The notes: a model not told the origin generated them from the sequence alone. Positions 10,000 to 19,800 are shown, counted from the stretch's first letter. The stretch: DNA of 64,000 bases from Candidatus Poribacteria bacterium (GCA_963665235.2 CAXXLX010000002.1:672001-736000); one strand, 5' to 3'. Numbers and translations are program-made.

Positions 10000-10776
10000 A
10001 TGTTACCTTTTATTCTCAAAACTGTTGGGACACCGGTTCAACGGTTTCACCTTCCTCAGAACGAAAATCACGTCATTGACGTGGAAGTTAGAAATGAATT
10101 TTACACAAGCGATTACAAGGTGCCGTCCCATACCCGGGCAATTTGGCTGCGGAACTTTGTGATGTGGGAGAAGGCAGAGCAGACCGCATATAAAGCCTTT
10201 ACAACGTTTCTCCACCAAGTGTCTGAACCCACCCCGTTTCTCCCTATTGAACGGTTGGAACGGTATCCGTATCGTCGATATGCGTTGCTGCTCTCGGTTG
10301 CCTATTTGTACGAACTGACAGAGGGAACCCTAGATGCACATCGGATAAGAACAGGCCGCTTTGTGCTTGAATATGCCGGATATGAGCTCACTATCCATGC
10401 TAACCGTCATGTATCCGAGGGCTCCGCTTATTTGGTCTCTCCAGCAAAATACGCGCTCTTTGTACGCCGGATGAACGAGGATGGGACGACAACCGCTCGA
10501 TTCTACCGGAGCGAATTTATTAATCTAAACGATAATCTCCTCCCGCCTCTCCATCTAGATGCTGAAGAGGTTATTGCGGCCATCCAGCAGGATATTGCTA
10601 CGCAGGAGAGCGCAATACCCATCGGCCAGCTCCTCCTGTTACCCCCTTCACTTAAGACAGAGACAGATGGAGGACTTACCGAATGCCCGATGTGCAAAGG
10701 CAACGTGAGAAGCATCGGTGAGAATTATTTCTGCTTGCAATGTGATTGGGACAATCTGCCGCCTCTGTTTCCCTAA
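10000..10776 (+). CDS. Hypothetical protein with C-terminal zinc ribbon
   Basis: 258-aa ORF, AAGGAGG upstream, CPMC...CLQC near the C-terminus. Confidence 0.65.
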   Translation: MLPFILKTVGTPVQRFHLPQNENHVIDVEVRNEFYTSDYKVPSHTRAIWLRNFVMWEKAEQTAYKAFTTFLHQVSEPTPFLPIERLERYPYRRYALLLSVAYLYELTEGTLDAHRIRTGRFVLEYAGYELTIHANRHVSEGSAYLVSPAKYALFVRRMNEDGTTTARFYRSEFINLNDNLLPPLHLDAEEVIAAIQQDIATQESAIPIGQLLLLPPSLKTETDGGLTECPMCKGNVRSIGENYFCLQCDWDNLPPLFP

Positions 10777-11378
10777 ATCGGTGCGAAATGGAAGACTACC
10801 GCCGTATTTGCAGCCGCCAGCAGCGTGCCGACAACGGTTTGGAGAAGTGTATGCCGCTTTCGATAAACCCGCGCCCAGGCAATCAACGGAATCAGCAGAA
10901 AAAGCCACCCCAACTGACTATCGACAAGAAAACCTAAAACCATTATACAGCCTGTCGTGACGCTTGTGTGAAAACTTATTTTCCATAAAGGTGTAATGGC
11001 AGTGAATACAACTGTGTTCACAATATAGGCGATGCATGCCCAAACGATTTCCCGGCTTGCACCAATCTGATGAAGCAGCACCGTCCCCAGAATCAGGCTC
11101 ACAAGCGTGAAGCAGAGAGGAAGTAGCCTATCTTCTTTGGTGTGAAGATGCCAATCGTTTACCTGTGAAAACCGAGACAGCCACAGTATTCCTAGTATCG
11201 GCAGCACCGTTACAAATGCTATCACAACTGCCAACCAGAGTGCCGTTTCCTGATTCGTTTCCGCATGCGCCCGGATAACAAACACAGCGGTCACAATCGG
11301 AACCAAAAACGGACTAAAAATAATAGATGTACCCAACGCAACCCGGGCGGGAAGTGTTGAGAAGGTCCTATGCGTCAT
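10773..11378 (-). CDS. PAP2-like (phosphatase-related) integral membrane protein
   Basis: About 6 TM helices; KISFH and WARV..KRHT..Q..VG motifs. Confidence 0.7.
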   Translation of the reverse strand: MTHRTFSTLPARVALGTSIIFSPFLVPIVTAVFVIRAHAETNQETALWLAVVIAFVTVLPILGILWLSRFSQVNDWHLHTKEDRLLPLCFTLVSLILGTVLLHQIGASREIVWACIAYIVNTVVFTAITPLWKISFHTSVTTGCIMVLGFLVDSQLGWLFLLIPLIAWARVYRKRHTLLQTVVGTLLAAANTAVVFHFAPI

Positions 11379-11381
11379 TAA

Positions 11382-12410
11382 TTATTTCGGCGGTTCCAAG
11401 GTTCGGAAGAAATCCACTAAATCCGCCCCGTGGGTGCTGGCATTGACGTTTTTGTCAATCTTCACAATCTTTCCCGTGTTATCAATAATAACGGTGTGCC
11501 GTTTGATTCGACCGTCAGGTTTATCCACAGCCCCGAAAAGCAGGGCGAGGTTCCGTCCGGTGTCAACTAAAAGTGGAAAGTTCAGGCTGTTTTCTTCTGA
11601 AAATTTCTGATGCGACTTTGCATCGTTCGAGGTAATCCCAAAAATTTGAACATCGTGTGCGACAAAATGGCTCGACTCATCCCGGAGTGAGCAAACTTGT
11701 GCCGTTCAGCCGCGTCCAAAATCTCGCGGATAAAATACTAGAGCAACCCTCTTTTTTTCAGGGTTCTTCTCCGCATGGAACTTGCTCAGTTGGTGCGTTT
11801 TTCCGTCGCCATCGATTGCAATAAAATCGGGAGCTGGCTCGCCAACCGCTATCTTCGGAAGCACTTTCTTAAGCATCCGGACGACATCTTCGCCATGTGT
11901 CTTGGTGTTCACTTTTTTATCAATTGCACGGATGTATCCCGCTTTATCAATAATGAAGGTGACCCGTTTTGACGCGTTGAACCGTTCTATAATACCGCTG
12001 TACCGTTTGCTGACCTCAAATTCAGTGTCCGCTAACAGGGAAAAGCCGAACTTATGTTCTGCCCTAAACCGTTTATGTGAATCGACGCTGTCTACGCTTA
12101 CACCGAGTAGCACGGTTCCCGTTTCTTCTATCTCGCTCAATTTTTCCCGGAGCGAGTTGAGTTCAGCTGTTCAGCCACCGGTAAAATCTTTCGGATAAAA
12201 GGCAAGAACGACGTTTTTCTTCCCTAAGAATTCGGTGAGACTCCGTTCTGTGGCGGTCTCATCCTTTAGTTTAAAATCGGGGGCAACCATCCCCACTGTG
12301 AGTTCCTTTACTTTTTCCACATCCTTATTCTCCGCTAACGCTATCGGCACGAAAAGTACTGATATTAACAGCACGATGCCAACACCTTGAATAGATACGT
12401 TTTGAAACAT
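11382..12410 (-). CDS. Exported tandem two-domain peroxiredoxin (BCP/PrxQ, AhpC/TSA) with two selenocysteines, 342 aa
   Basis: One reading frame with UGA at codons 80 (12171-12173) and 235 (11706-11708), both at the peroxidatic position (FYPKDFTGG-U-TAE; FYPRDFGRG-U-TAQVC); Prx homology continues after each UGA to TAA at 11382; signal peptide. Confidence 0.88.
11670..11692 (-). promoter_or_regulatory. Putative bacterial SECIS hairpin 2
   Basis: GCTCACTC-CGGGAT-GAGTCGAGC starting 13 nt after the second UGA; shares the CTCCGGGA apex with hairpin 1. Confidence 0.65.
12132..12156 (-). promoter_or_regulatory. Putative bacterial SECIS hairpin 1
   Basis: CTCGCTC-CGGGAAAAATT-GAGCGAG starting 14 nt after the first UGA. 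Confidence 0.65.
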
Positions 12411-12522
12411 GTTTCAATTCCTCAAAAAGATAGATTAAATTATGTTGCACGGCACTCTGGGTGTCGTGTCCGGTGGATTATACCGATTTTCCATTACCAT
12501 GTCAATGAAATTTTGAAGAGTG

Positions 12523-13386
12523 CTAAGTAGAGATGACACCGTTCTCTGTGAGCCATACCTTCAAAGGCACATCCGCATCTTTCGGTGAGAAGTGCCCATT
12601 AGCATTCGTTCCGCCACCAAGGAGCTGTTGCCGTATTGGGTCATTCTGTGCAAAGAGCTCCGGTGGAATTGTCATATCGTCTTTGCTTCGCAGCCAGCGG
12701 TAACCGTATCCATAGAACAACCCTTTCCGCGTAATGTCCGAATCGTTTTCGCTGCGGGCATGCCAGAGGCGACGGTCGAAAAAGACCGCATCGCCAGGCT
12801 TACAACAGACCGGTATTGCACCTTCAGGCATTGACCCATCTTTCGGCCGTTCAAGTGTATCCGACAAATGGCTCCCCGGGATGATATAAAAGTTGCCTCT
12901 GCCCGGTTCGGAACAATTGGAGAGCCAATACACCACTTTAATCGAGAGCCGGGGACGTGGTGAACTCTCTATCTCAATGTTGACACGTCCGCTATCTTGA
13001 TGCCATCCAAGCGGTGCCGTTTTGCCGCGTTCCGACTCTGGACGTGGCGGGGTGATAATCAGATGACTATGGTAAGAGTAGATATTCCACCCTAGAATGC
13101 CCCACACCTTCGGAAACGTCTTATACCAATCCAGCACATTGATGAAAACCTGATCTTTTCCCAGAAAATTCGGATAGAAAAAATTGTGGGTTGAGGTCAG
13201 TCGTCTTTTCGTGTACGGGTCGTACTCGGCATCTAGGTGAACTTGATAGATAGCGTCTACTCGCGCTTCCAATTCGGCAACGAGGTCTAACGGCAGTGCA
13301 TTTTCTATCGTGAAATATCCATCAGCGTTTAGCGCGTGTAGTTGCTCGTCACTAATCTGATGTTGGAGATGGCGTTCGTCAAGCAT
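12523..13386 (-). CDS. Phytanoyl-CoA dioxygenase (PhyH) family 2OG-Fe(II) oxygenase
   Basis: DGYF.IENAL, WHQD, IPGSH, PGDAVFFD.RLWH..S.N.SD..R. Confidence 0.9.
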   Translation of the reverse strand: MLDERHLQHQISDEQLHALNADGYFTIENALPLDLVAELEARVDAIYQVHLDAEYDPYTKRRLTSTHNFFYPNFLGKDQVFINVLDWYKTFPKVWGILGWNIYSYHSHLIITPPRPESERGKTAPLGWHQDSGRVNIEIESSPRPRLSIKVVYWLSNCSEPGRGNFYIIPGSHLSDTLERPKDGSMPEGAIPVCCKPGDAVFFDRRLWHARSENDSDITRKGLFYGYGYRWLRSKDDMTIPPELFAQNDPIRQQLLGGGTNANGHFSPKDADVPLKVWLTENGVIST

Positions 13387-13407
13387 CTGTTTCGTCTCCT
13401 CATTTCA

Positions 13408-14358
13408 CTAGGGTAAAGGGCCCTCAATCTGGTCGACGAGGCGGATGGAATGAATTACATCGCGGAGGTCGGTAAGCGGTACTTTCCGGTTTTGAACGCA
13501 ATCAACGAAATGCCGATGCATCGTAAGAACGCCCTCATAACTTGGCGAATCGCGCTGGTCAACGCCATCGACCTCCCAACCGCCCATCACATGCCTATTG
13601 TTATTCTCGTAAATTTCAATTTCTTCCGGTATCTTCATATAACATCCGATGCCGACACCGTGCAACTCGGAGCGCAGCACCCGGCCTCCTGATGCTCTAT
13701 TCCCGAACACTACACCTGTTGCATTGTTATCAAAACGGACAAAAGCGGTATAGAAATTTCGTTGTTCTGCACCGAACTTATCCCGATGTGCTGTGACTTC
13801 AACCGGTTCACCGCCTGCCATATAGCGCAGCAGGTCAACCACGTGGCACACATCATTCCAAAGCGTTGTGGTAAATTCGCGATTGTTGCCGAGTATCTGT
13901 TTGTTGAAAGTGGTAACCGCTAACGAAACCGGTCCTTTTTCTGTAACGCGCCGCATCGCCTCGCGTGTGACAGCAGCATATCTCCGTTGAAACCCTACCA
14001 TACAGTAGACATCGTTGGCTACCGCTGCCTCTAGCAATTGTTGGGTTTCATCGCTCGTCGCGCCCGGTGGTTTTTCAATAAACAGATGTTTTCCTGCGTT
14101 TAGACAATCCAAGGCGGGTTGTAAAATCCACTTCTCATTCATGACACAATAAACTACGTCCAAATCCAACGTATCTAACATCTTACGGTGGTCTGTGAAC
14201 GTATGCGGAAACTCATATTTCTGTGCGACCTGTGCGAGTTTTCCATCGTCTAATTCACATGCACCGAACATCTCAACATCATCTTCTAGGCGGTTGACGC
14301 TGGGATAATGTGCCCCTTGACTACGTCCACCTGCTCCGATAAAACCTGCTTTAAGCAT
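13408..14358 (-). CDS. Gfo/Idh/MocA family oxidoreductase
   Basis: FIGAGG Rossmann motif, EKP, VGFQRR, D..H; GAGGAGG RBS before ATG 14358. Confidence 0.9.
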   Translation of the reverse strand: MLKAGFIGAGGRSQGAHYPSVNRLEDDVEMFGACELDDGKLAQVAQKYEFPHTFTDHRKMLDTLDLDVVYCVMNEKWILQPALDCLNAGKHLFIEKPPGATSDETQQLLEAAVANDVYCMVGFQRRYAAVTREAMRRVTEKGPVSLAVTTFNKQILGNNREFTTTLWNDVCHVVDLLRYMAGGEPVEVTAHRDKFGAEQRNFYTAFVRFDNNATGVVFGNRASGGRVLRSELHGVGIGCYMKIPEEIEIYENNNRHVMGGWEVDGVDQRDSPSYEGVLTMHRHFVDCVQNRKVPLTDLRDVIHSIRLVDQIEGPLP

Positions 14359-14392
14359 TGGAAATGTCCTCCTCAAATTTCGTATTTACCTA

Positions 14393-14700
14393 TTTGGCGA
14401 TTAGCAATTGGCAATTGGCAATTAGCAAGAGGTTTGTGCTTCTAAGAACATATCTGAAGCGCGTCAGAGACCTCTTTCTCTGGTTTCCAATAGTCAACAG
14501 CCCTTGTCGGATTTTAATCCACTCAAGCTGACATACAAGGACAGCTAGACAGCAAATTGCGTTAAAATAGACAAGTTTAGTATAACACAAGTTGGCGATT
14601 AGCAATTAGCAAGAGGTTATGATTCTAAGCAATTTTCTGTTGCGCGTCAGTGTCCTCTTTCTCTTGCCATAAGCCAATAGCCAATAGCCATTTTAGTATA
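14393..14700. repeat. Heptamer (TTAGCAA/TTGGCAA/AGCCAAT) short tandem repeats flanking a conserved AGCAAGAGG...GCGCGTCAGAGACCTCTTTCTC core
   Basis: The same motifs recur near 32215-32330, 33100-33200, 36397-36445, 36715-36786, 48925-48965 and 54212-54392. Confidence 0.7.
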
Positions 14701-14748
14701 ACACAATTTGACAAAACATGGCAAACTTTTTTTGCCGACCGGCCTATG

Positions 14749-14950
14749 GGGGTGTGTAAAGTTTTGTACAAAACCGGTGTAAATGTTACGACTTGTGCTA
14801 GTTAACGCATTGTTTTTGTTGTTTTCACAGATATTTGACATTCATATAAAGATATCGTCCCTATGGGACTAAGAGGCCGGGGCGGAAACGACTTTCTATA
14901 AAGATATCGTCCTTGAGGAGCGGGCTTGTCGCCCGAATACTGGGACTAAA
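14749..14950 (+). repeat. Left end of the GGGTGTGTAAAG MITE (family C) plus two TATAAAGATATCGTCC REP-like units
   Basis: GGGTGTGTAAAGTTTTGTACAAAACCGGTGTAAATGTTAC is nearly identical to the start at 41894; GTCCC-TAT-GGGAC hairpin near 14857. Confidence 0.7.
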
Positions 14951-14961
14951 TGGTCTGCAAT

Positions 14962-14990
14962 TTGACTTTTTCAACGTTTTGTGGTATCTT
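14962..14990 (+). promoter_or_regulatory. Sigma70-type promoter
   Basis: TTGACT-17 nt-TATCTT with extended -10 TG. Confidence 0.45.
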
Positions 14991-15032
14991 AACAAAGACG
15001 TTAACCTATACACTTTACGCAAGGAATTATTT

Positions 15033-16745
15033 TTGGACAACAAACTTAAAATCGCAATAAGCATCCTGATCTTTTTCGGGGTGTGTCTTATCCTGATATG
15101 GCAATCTACTCACATTACCGCTGCTAATGCTGACCTAGTGTGGTACAGCGTCATTCCGCCGTTGCTCGCTATAACCCTGGCAGTGGCGACCTCCCGCTTG
15201 TTTCTGAGCCTCGGTGTGGCGGTCGGTGCTGGATTTCTGATCGCGTGGGGTTGGCAAAATTGGACATTTGAGGCGTTTACCTCGGAATTTGTCTGGTTTG
15301 TACGCGAGGTGAGCGTTGGCAACGATGGAATTGACCTTTTCAACGTCTGGGTTATCCTATTTGTCCTTTTCATGATGTCCACGATTTCGGTAGTGGTAGC
15401 GTCCGGTGGGATTGCCAGTGCGGTGTCGCTATTATCGCATCTGGCAAGGGGGCCGCGTTCCAGTCAATTCGTCACTGCGCTGATGGGCACATTAATCTTC
15501 GTTGGTGATTATAGCAACGCGATGCTTGTCGGGCCAACAATGCGGCCGATTACCGATCAGAACAACGTCAGTCGGGAAAAGTTAGCCTATATTGTGGATT
15601 CTACGAGTGCCCCGATTGCTGGACTTGCATTTGTTAGCACGTGGATTGGTTATGAGGTCGGGTTGTTCGACGGGATTTCGAAGACGCTGGGGCTGGGCAC
15701 GGATGGCTATGAAATGTTTTTTGATGCCTTGGCGTTCCGGTTCTACTGCATTTTGACGATTATTTTTGTGATAATCAATGCTATCAGTGGACGAGATTAC
15801 GGGGCGATGCGTACGGCACAAAAGCGTGCACGAGAAACAGGACAGGTTGCCGCCCCCGATGCGAAGGTGATGGAGAATATCACTGCGGACAACGATACCG
15901 AAAAAACGAAGGGTCAAATCTTTTCAGCCCTCATTCCGCTTGCCCTCCTTTTTGGCCTCATCCTTGGCGGGTTATGGGTAGATGGAAATAGGGCAGGTGG
16001 GTCCATTTTCGCCTTATCAACATGGCAAGTTGTGTTTTCGAAACCGATCTTCTCATTAAATGCATGGCGGGATGCGCTTTCAAACGCGAACAATGTTATG
16101 GTGCTTGCCGCTGCATCGACAACAGCATTTATCGCCGCAATTATCTGCGGAAAGTTGTTCTCAAAAATGCCGTTTAGCGACATCGGTAAAGCCGTTTGGA
16201 AAGGGCTCTCCGGAACGTTGATGCCGATAGGTATTATCCTCTGTGCATGGGGTTTAAAAGCGAGTTGTGATAAACTGATGACAGGGCAGTTCATCGCGGC
16301 GATGCTAAGCGATGTTGTCTCCCCGCTGTGGTTTCCTGCCCTTGTTTTCTTTATCGCTTCGCTGATTTCCTTCTCGACCGGCACCAGCTGGGGCACGATG
16401 GGTATTCTGATACCCACCGCGATTCCGGTCGCTTTCGCTCTTGACAATGGCAGCTACGGCATTACCACAATCATCTGCCTCGGCGCGGTGCTTGATGGCG
16501 CGATTTTTGGCGACCACTGTTCACCGATTTCGGATACAACTATCCTCAGTGCAATTGTTAGTAGTTGCGACCCGATGCATCACGTGAGAACACAATTGCC
16601 TTATGCCCTCACGGTTGCATGTATCGCCTTAATGTGCGGTTATCTTCCCGCTGCACTTGGATTACCTTCCTGGATTGGTATCACTATCGGCGTAGGTATA
16701 ATTGGGTTACTGTTTTATGTGCTCTATCGGCTGCGGCCGGATTAG
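15033..16745 (+). CDS. Na+/H+ antiporter NhaC family protein
   Basis: SREKLAYIVDSTSAP, STGTSWGTMGI, GAIFGDHCSPISDTTILS, HVRTQLPYA; TTG start after AAGGA. Confidence 0.9.
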   Translation: MDNKLKIAISILIFFGVCLILIWQSTHITAANADLVWYSVIPPLLAITLAVATSRLFLSLGVAVGAGFLIAWGWQNWTFEAFTSEFVWFVREVSVGNDGIDLFNVWVILFVLFMMSTISVVVASGGIASAVSLLSHLARGPRSSQFVTALMGTLIFVGDYSNAMLVGPTMRPITDQNNVSREKLAYIVDSTSAPIAGLAFVSTWIGYEVGLFDGISKTLGLGTDGYEMFFDALAFRFYCILTIIFVIINAISGRDYGAMRTAQKRARETGQVAAPDAKVMENITADNDTEKTKGQIFSALIPLALLFGLILGGLWVDGNRAGGSIFALSTWQVVFSKPIFSLNAWRDALSNANNVMVLAAASTTAFIAAIICGKLFSKMPFSDIGKAVWKGLSGTLMPIGIILCAWGLKASCDKLMTGQFIAAMLSDVVSPLWFPALVFFIASLISFSTGTSWGTMGILIPTAIPVAFALDNGSYGITTIICLGAVLDGAIFGDHCSPISDTTILSAIVSSCDPMHHVRTQLPYALTVACIALMCGYLPAALGLPSWIGITIGVGIIGLLFYVLYRLRPD

Positions 16746-16762
16746 GTATTGGGGAGGTAGAA

Positions 16763-18370
16763 ATGAAGACGTTTGGAACCCACGGTCCTGTGAATCCTGA
16801 AGTCAACTACGTTGTCAGTCGCACCGAGGAGGTTGCAAGTTTTATAGACTTGGTGAAAAAGGGCAAGTATATCACACTCTTTGCGCCACGCCAGACAGGT
16901 AAAACTACCTTTTTCCGATACGTCCTAGATACATTCGTCACCGAGGCGCTTGACTACTTTCCTATGCAACTGAATTTTGAGCTGTATGCGGATTATACCG
17001 CCGCCGACTTTTACGCATCCCTTTGTAAAAGGTTGCACGAGGAAATTGAATACGTTTTTCAGAAACGCGGCTGTACACTCTCAGCGGCATTAAGCCGATT
17101 TTTGGAGAACGCGGAGATAACCGACCACGTTTCAATGATGGAGTTCTTTAAACAGCTGATGCGTTTTCTAACGCACGGCGAGAATCAGCAAAAGGTTATT
17201 CTCATCATTGACGAGTTTGATGGCATACCATCGGAGGCTGTGCGCGGTTTTCTTCATACACTACGTTACATCTATCACACGCGGGTTGGGCTTCGATGTC
17301 CGTACAGTGTCGGGCTTGTCGGTGTCAAGAATATCACAAAACTTAACTACGACCGGTCAATCTCTCCGTTCAATATTCAAGCTGAGTTTCACTTATCCAA
17401 TTTTACGTTTGCACAGCTAGTGGAACTGCTTTCGCAGTACACGGATGAAGTCGGGCAGACGTTCACCACAGAGGTGATTACTGCTATTTACAAACAGACC
17501 GGCGGACAACCGTTTCTTGTAAATCGTTGCGCGCAAATTCTCACCGAGGAGATGGACATTCCCAAAAGCGAGCCGATTACGATAACACACTTTTCCGCAG
17601 CACATACGCAGCTGCTTAGCGAACGCAACACGAACATTGAGCATCTGCTTACCAATATTCGCAGAGATAGGCGATTCGAAAACCTTCTCCTACATATTGT
17701 TTCTTATGAAAGAGGCGTGCCTTTTAGTTTAGACAATGACATCATCAATGAACTTGCAAACTATGGGGTCATAGCAGAGGGCCCTGATAGGATGTGTGAG
17801 ATTGTCAACCCGATTTATCAGCACCGTATCTTGGAGACTTTCGAACCGTTGTTTAACGGATTAGAAGGAGAATATTTCGCTGAGGACACCGGAACCGACT
17901 TCATCGACTATCTCACAACAGCTGGAGAGATTGAGATGGGGGCACTCCTTGATAACTTTCAAAAATTCATTGAACGAGTTGGTTTTCGTATCCTGCAGGT
18001 CCCAGATACACCACGGGAGTATGTCGGGCAATATTTGCTTTACGCCTATCTAGACCATTTTGTTCGCGTCATTCAGGCCGATATGTTTCTTGAAGTCCAA
18101 ACGGGACGCGGCAGGATAGACCTCCTTATTATCCATAACCACCGTAAATACATCGTTGAAACAAAAATTTGGGAAGGCGATAGACACCATCGGGCAGGGA
18201 AGAGGCAGCTTGCGGCTTACCTTACATCGGAAGAAGCAACAGAGGGGTACTATGTTGTATTTGACCATCGTAAGAATCCGGAACCACGCAGGGAAACAGA
18301 GACTGTGGACGGTTTAACGATTCAGACCTATCTTATTCCCGTGATACAAGAACACCCCTCATCAGTTTAG
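16763..18370 (+). CDS. AAA-like ATPase with C-terminal PD-(D/E)xK nuclease domain
   Basis: Walker A APRQTGKT, Walker B ILIIDEFD, SPFNI, TGGQPFLVN; C-terminal GRGRIDL...IVETK...QL..Y; GGGGAGG RBS. Confidence 0.85.
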   Translation: MKTFGTHGPVNPEVNYVVSRTEEVASFIDLVKKGKYITLFAPRQTGKTTFFRYVLDTFVTEALDYFPMQLNFELYADYTAADFYASLCKRLHEEIEYVFQKRGCTLSAALSRFLENAEITDHVSMMEFFKQLMRFLTHGENQQKVILIIDEFDGIPSEAVRGFLHTLRYIYHTRVGLRCPYSVGLVGVKNITKLNYDRSISPFNIQAEFHLSNFTFAQLVELLSQYTDEVGQTFTTEVITAIYKQTGGQPFLVNRCAQILTEEMDIPKSEPITITHFSAAHTQLLSERNTNIEHLLTNIRRDRRFENLLLHIVSYERGVPFSLDNDIINELANYGVIAEGPDRMCEIVNPIYQHRILETFEPLFNGLEGEYFAEDTGTDFIDYLTTAGEIEMGALLDNFQKFIERVGFRILQVPDTPREYVGQYLLYAYLDHFVRVIQADMFLEVQTGRGRIDLLIIHNHRKYIVETKIWEGDRHHRAGKRQLAAYLTSEEATEGYYVVFDHRKNPEPRRETETVDGLTIQTYLIPVIQEHPSSV

Positions 18371-18396
18371 ATAGGGCATCCCGAGCGAACGAAATT

Positions 18397-19305
18397 TTAG
18401 ATAACCGCTTTAGTAATCGCCTCTGCAACAACCTCCGCAGCGAGGATGCCAACTGTATTCACGTGAGCCTCGGTATGTGTACCGAGGGCGAGTGTAAAAA
18501 GCGTGTCACCATCGAACATTGTGTGTGCAGGCCGGATAGCGCGTGCAATGCCGTCATGTGCCATCTCTGCAACACGTCTCGCTTCTGCGGGGGAAAGTGC
18601 CGCATTTGTAGCAACAACACCGATAGTCGTATTCGTTCCAGGGACAATGTTTGCGTCTAAAAGGCGTTCCGTAATATCTACAAACCTACCGTTCTCTTTA
18701 CCGCCTGCGATAATCTCACCGGTTGATGGATGCACTACGTTTCCGAGCGCGTTCACAACTGTGAGTGCTGATACAATTAAGCCGGTGGTGAGATATCTAC
18801 ACGCCGAGCCTACGCCACCGGGCGAAGTCTCCACACCGGGGGCTTTGCCGACAGTTGCACCTGTGCCTGCACCAACAGTGCCCATCGCTACCGGTTCAGT
18901 CGTGGCATTAAGGCATGCCTGATATCCCGTTTCTTGCGTAGGGCGTACCTTTGCATCGCCAACGCTAAGGTCGAAAATAACAGCGGCGGGAACAATCGGC
19001 ACCCGTACCGGCCCCGCAGGAAAACCAACGTTCTGTGTTTCAAGGTATTGGACGACACCGCTTGCAGCGTCTAAACCGAACGCGCTTCCGCCTGTGAGAA
19101 GAACACCGTGCACTTTCTGAACTAAACGTCCGGGCGCGAGTGCAGCGAGCTCCCGTGTACCGGGCGCAGCCCCGCGCACGTCCACGCCTGCCGTCGCACC
19201 TGTCGGGCAGAGGATGACGGTACACCCTGTTCGCGCACCCAAATCGGTCGCATGTCCAACCTGAATACCTTCAACGGCTGTAAGGGTCTGATTTGTTGAT
19301 GCCAT
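18397..19305 (-). CDS. Peptidase S58 (DmpA/P1) family protein
   Basis: VGHATD..TGCTV, VDVRGAAPGTRE, GGSAFGL, NTTIGVVATNA, PAHTMFDGD. Confidence 0.92.
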   Translation of the reverse strand: MASTNQTLTAVEGIQVGHATDLGARTGCTVILCPTGATAGVDVRGAAPGTRELAALAPGRLVQKVHGVLLTGGSAFGLDAASGVVQYLETQNVGFPAGPVRVPIVPAAVIFDLSVGDAKVRPTQETGYQACLNATTEPVAMGTVGAGTGATVGKAPGVETSPGGVGSACRYLTTGLIVSALTVVNALGNVVHPSTGEIIAGGKENGRFVDITERLLDANIVPGTNTTIGVVATNAALSPAEARRVAEMAHDGIARAIRPAHTMFDGDTLFTLALGTHTEAHVNTVGILAAEVVAEAITKAVI

Positions 19306-19340
19306 AATTTGCTGGTTAGTTTACGTTTTTTTATTTAGAA

Positions 19341-19455
19341 TAGGACTTACGCAAATTTAGGAGGAGTCTTGTAGGGGCGGGGTCTCCCCGCCCGTTATGT
19401 CTGCCCCTATGCTCCCACTATCATAAGAGTTTATCAACGCGCTGCGTAAGTCCTA
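19341..19455 (+). mobile_element. MITE family A (AGGACTTACGCA termini), copy 1, with internal GTAGGGGCGGG...CCCGCCC hairpin
   Basis: TIRs TAGGACTTACGCA / TGCGTAAGTCCTA; flanked by TTAGAA direct repeat; homologs at 31649 and 36013. Confidence 0.85.
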
Positions 19456-19459
19456 TTAG

Positions 19460-19613
19460 AACGTGAGCTTGATAATAAATATCCGTTTGCTCTAAACCTT
19501 TTTCATCGCGAAAAAAGCGGTATAATTGTAGCATAAACTTCCTAGTTTGTGCAGTTTTTTGCTAAAACTACCACAGAACGCTCTAGGTCAAAACTTTTTT
19601 TCAAACTCGCGTT
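19460..19613 (+). mobile_element. MITE family B copy inserted at the right flank of MITE A
   Basis: AACGTGAGCTTG...CAAACTCGCGTT; ATTAG duplicated on both sides; near-identical to 2463-2615. Confidence 0.8.
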
Positions 19614-19800
19614 ATTAGAAGCAATTGTAAGACAAAATAGAGCCATTTGTCAACAAAACGTTCTTGGCTGTTCGGGGTTATTTAGTTTTCCATAAAAATC
19701 TGGAAAAAATCGTGCGGATTTGATATAATCTCTGCAAGAGATGTTGCGTTTGAATGATTAAAACAACCTATCAACTAAGTATAGCGCGGAGGGAACAGAC

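Noticed and set aside
11706-12410. Two separate short peroxiredoxin ORFs or a pseudogene, as in the ORF track
   Set aside because: Both stops are UGA at the catalytic position in one frame with downstream hairpins; Sec readthrough is more parsimonious
14716-14736. Second sigma54 promoter (TGGCAAAC...TTGC)
   Set aside because: GG-to-GC spacing is 12 nt rather than the required 10
14390-14841. Short ORFs rich in LLIAN/AIGYW
   Set aside because: Translations of heptamer repeats; similar spurious ORFs occur at 36582-36812 and 45122-45527
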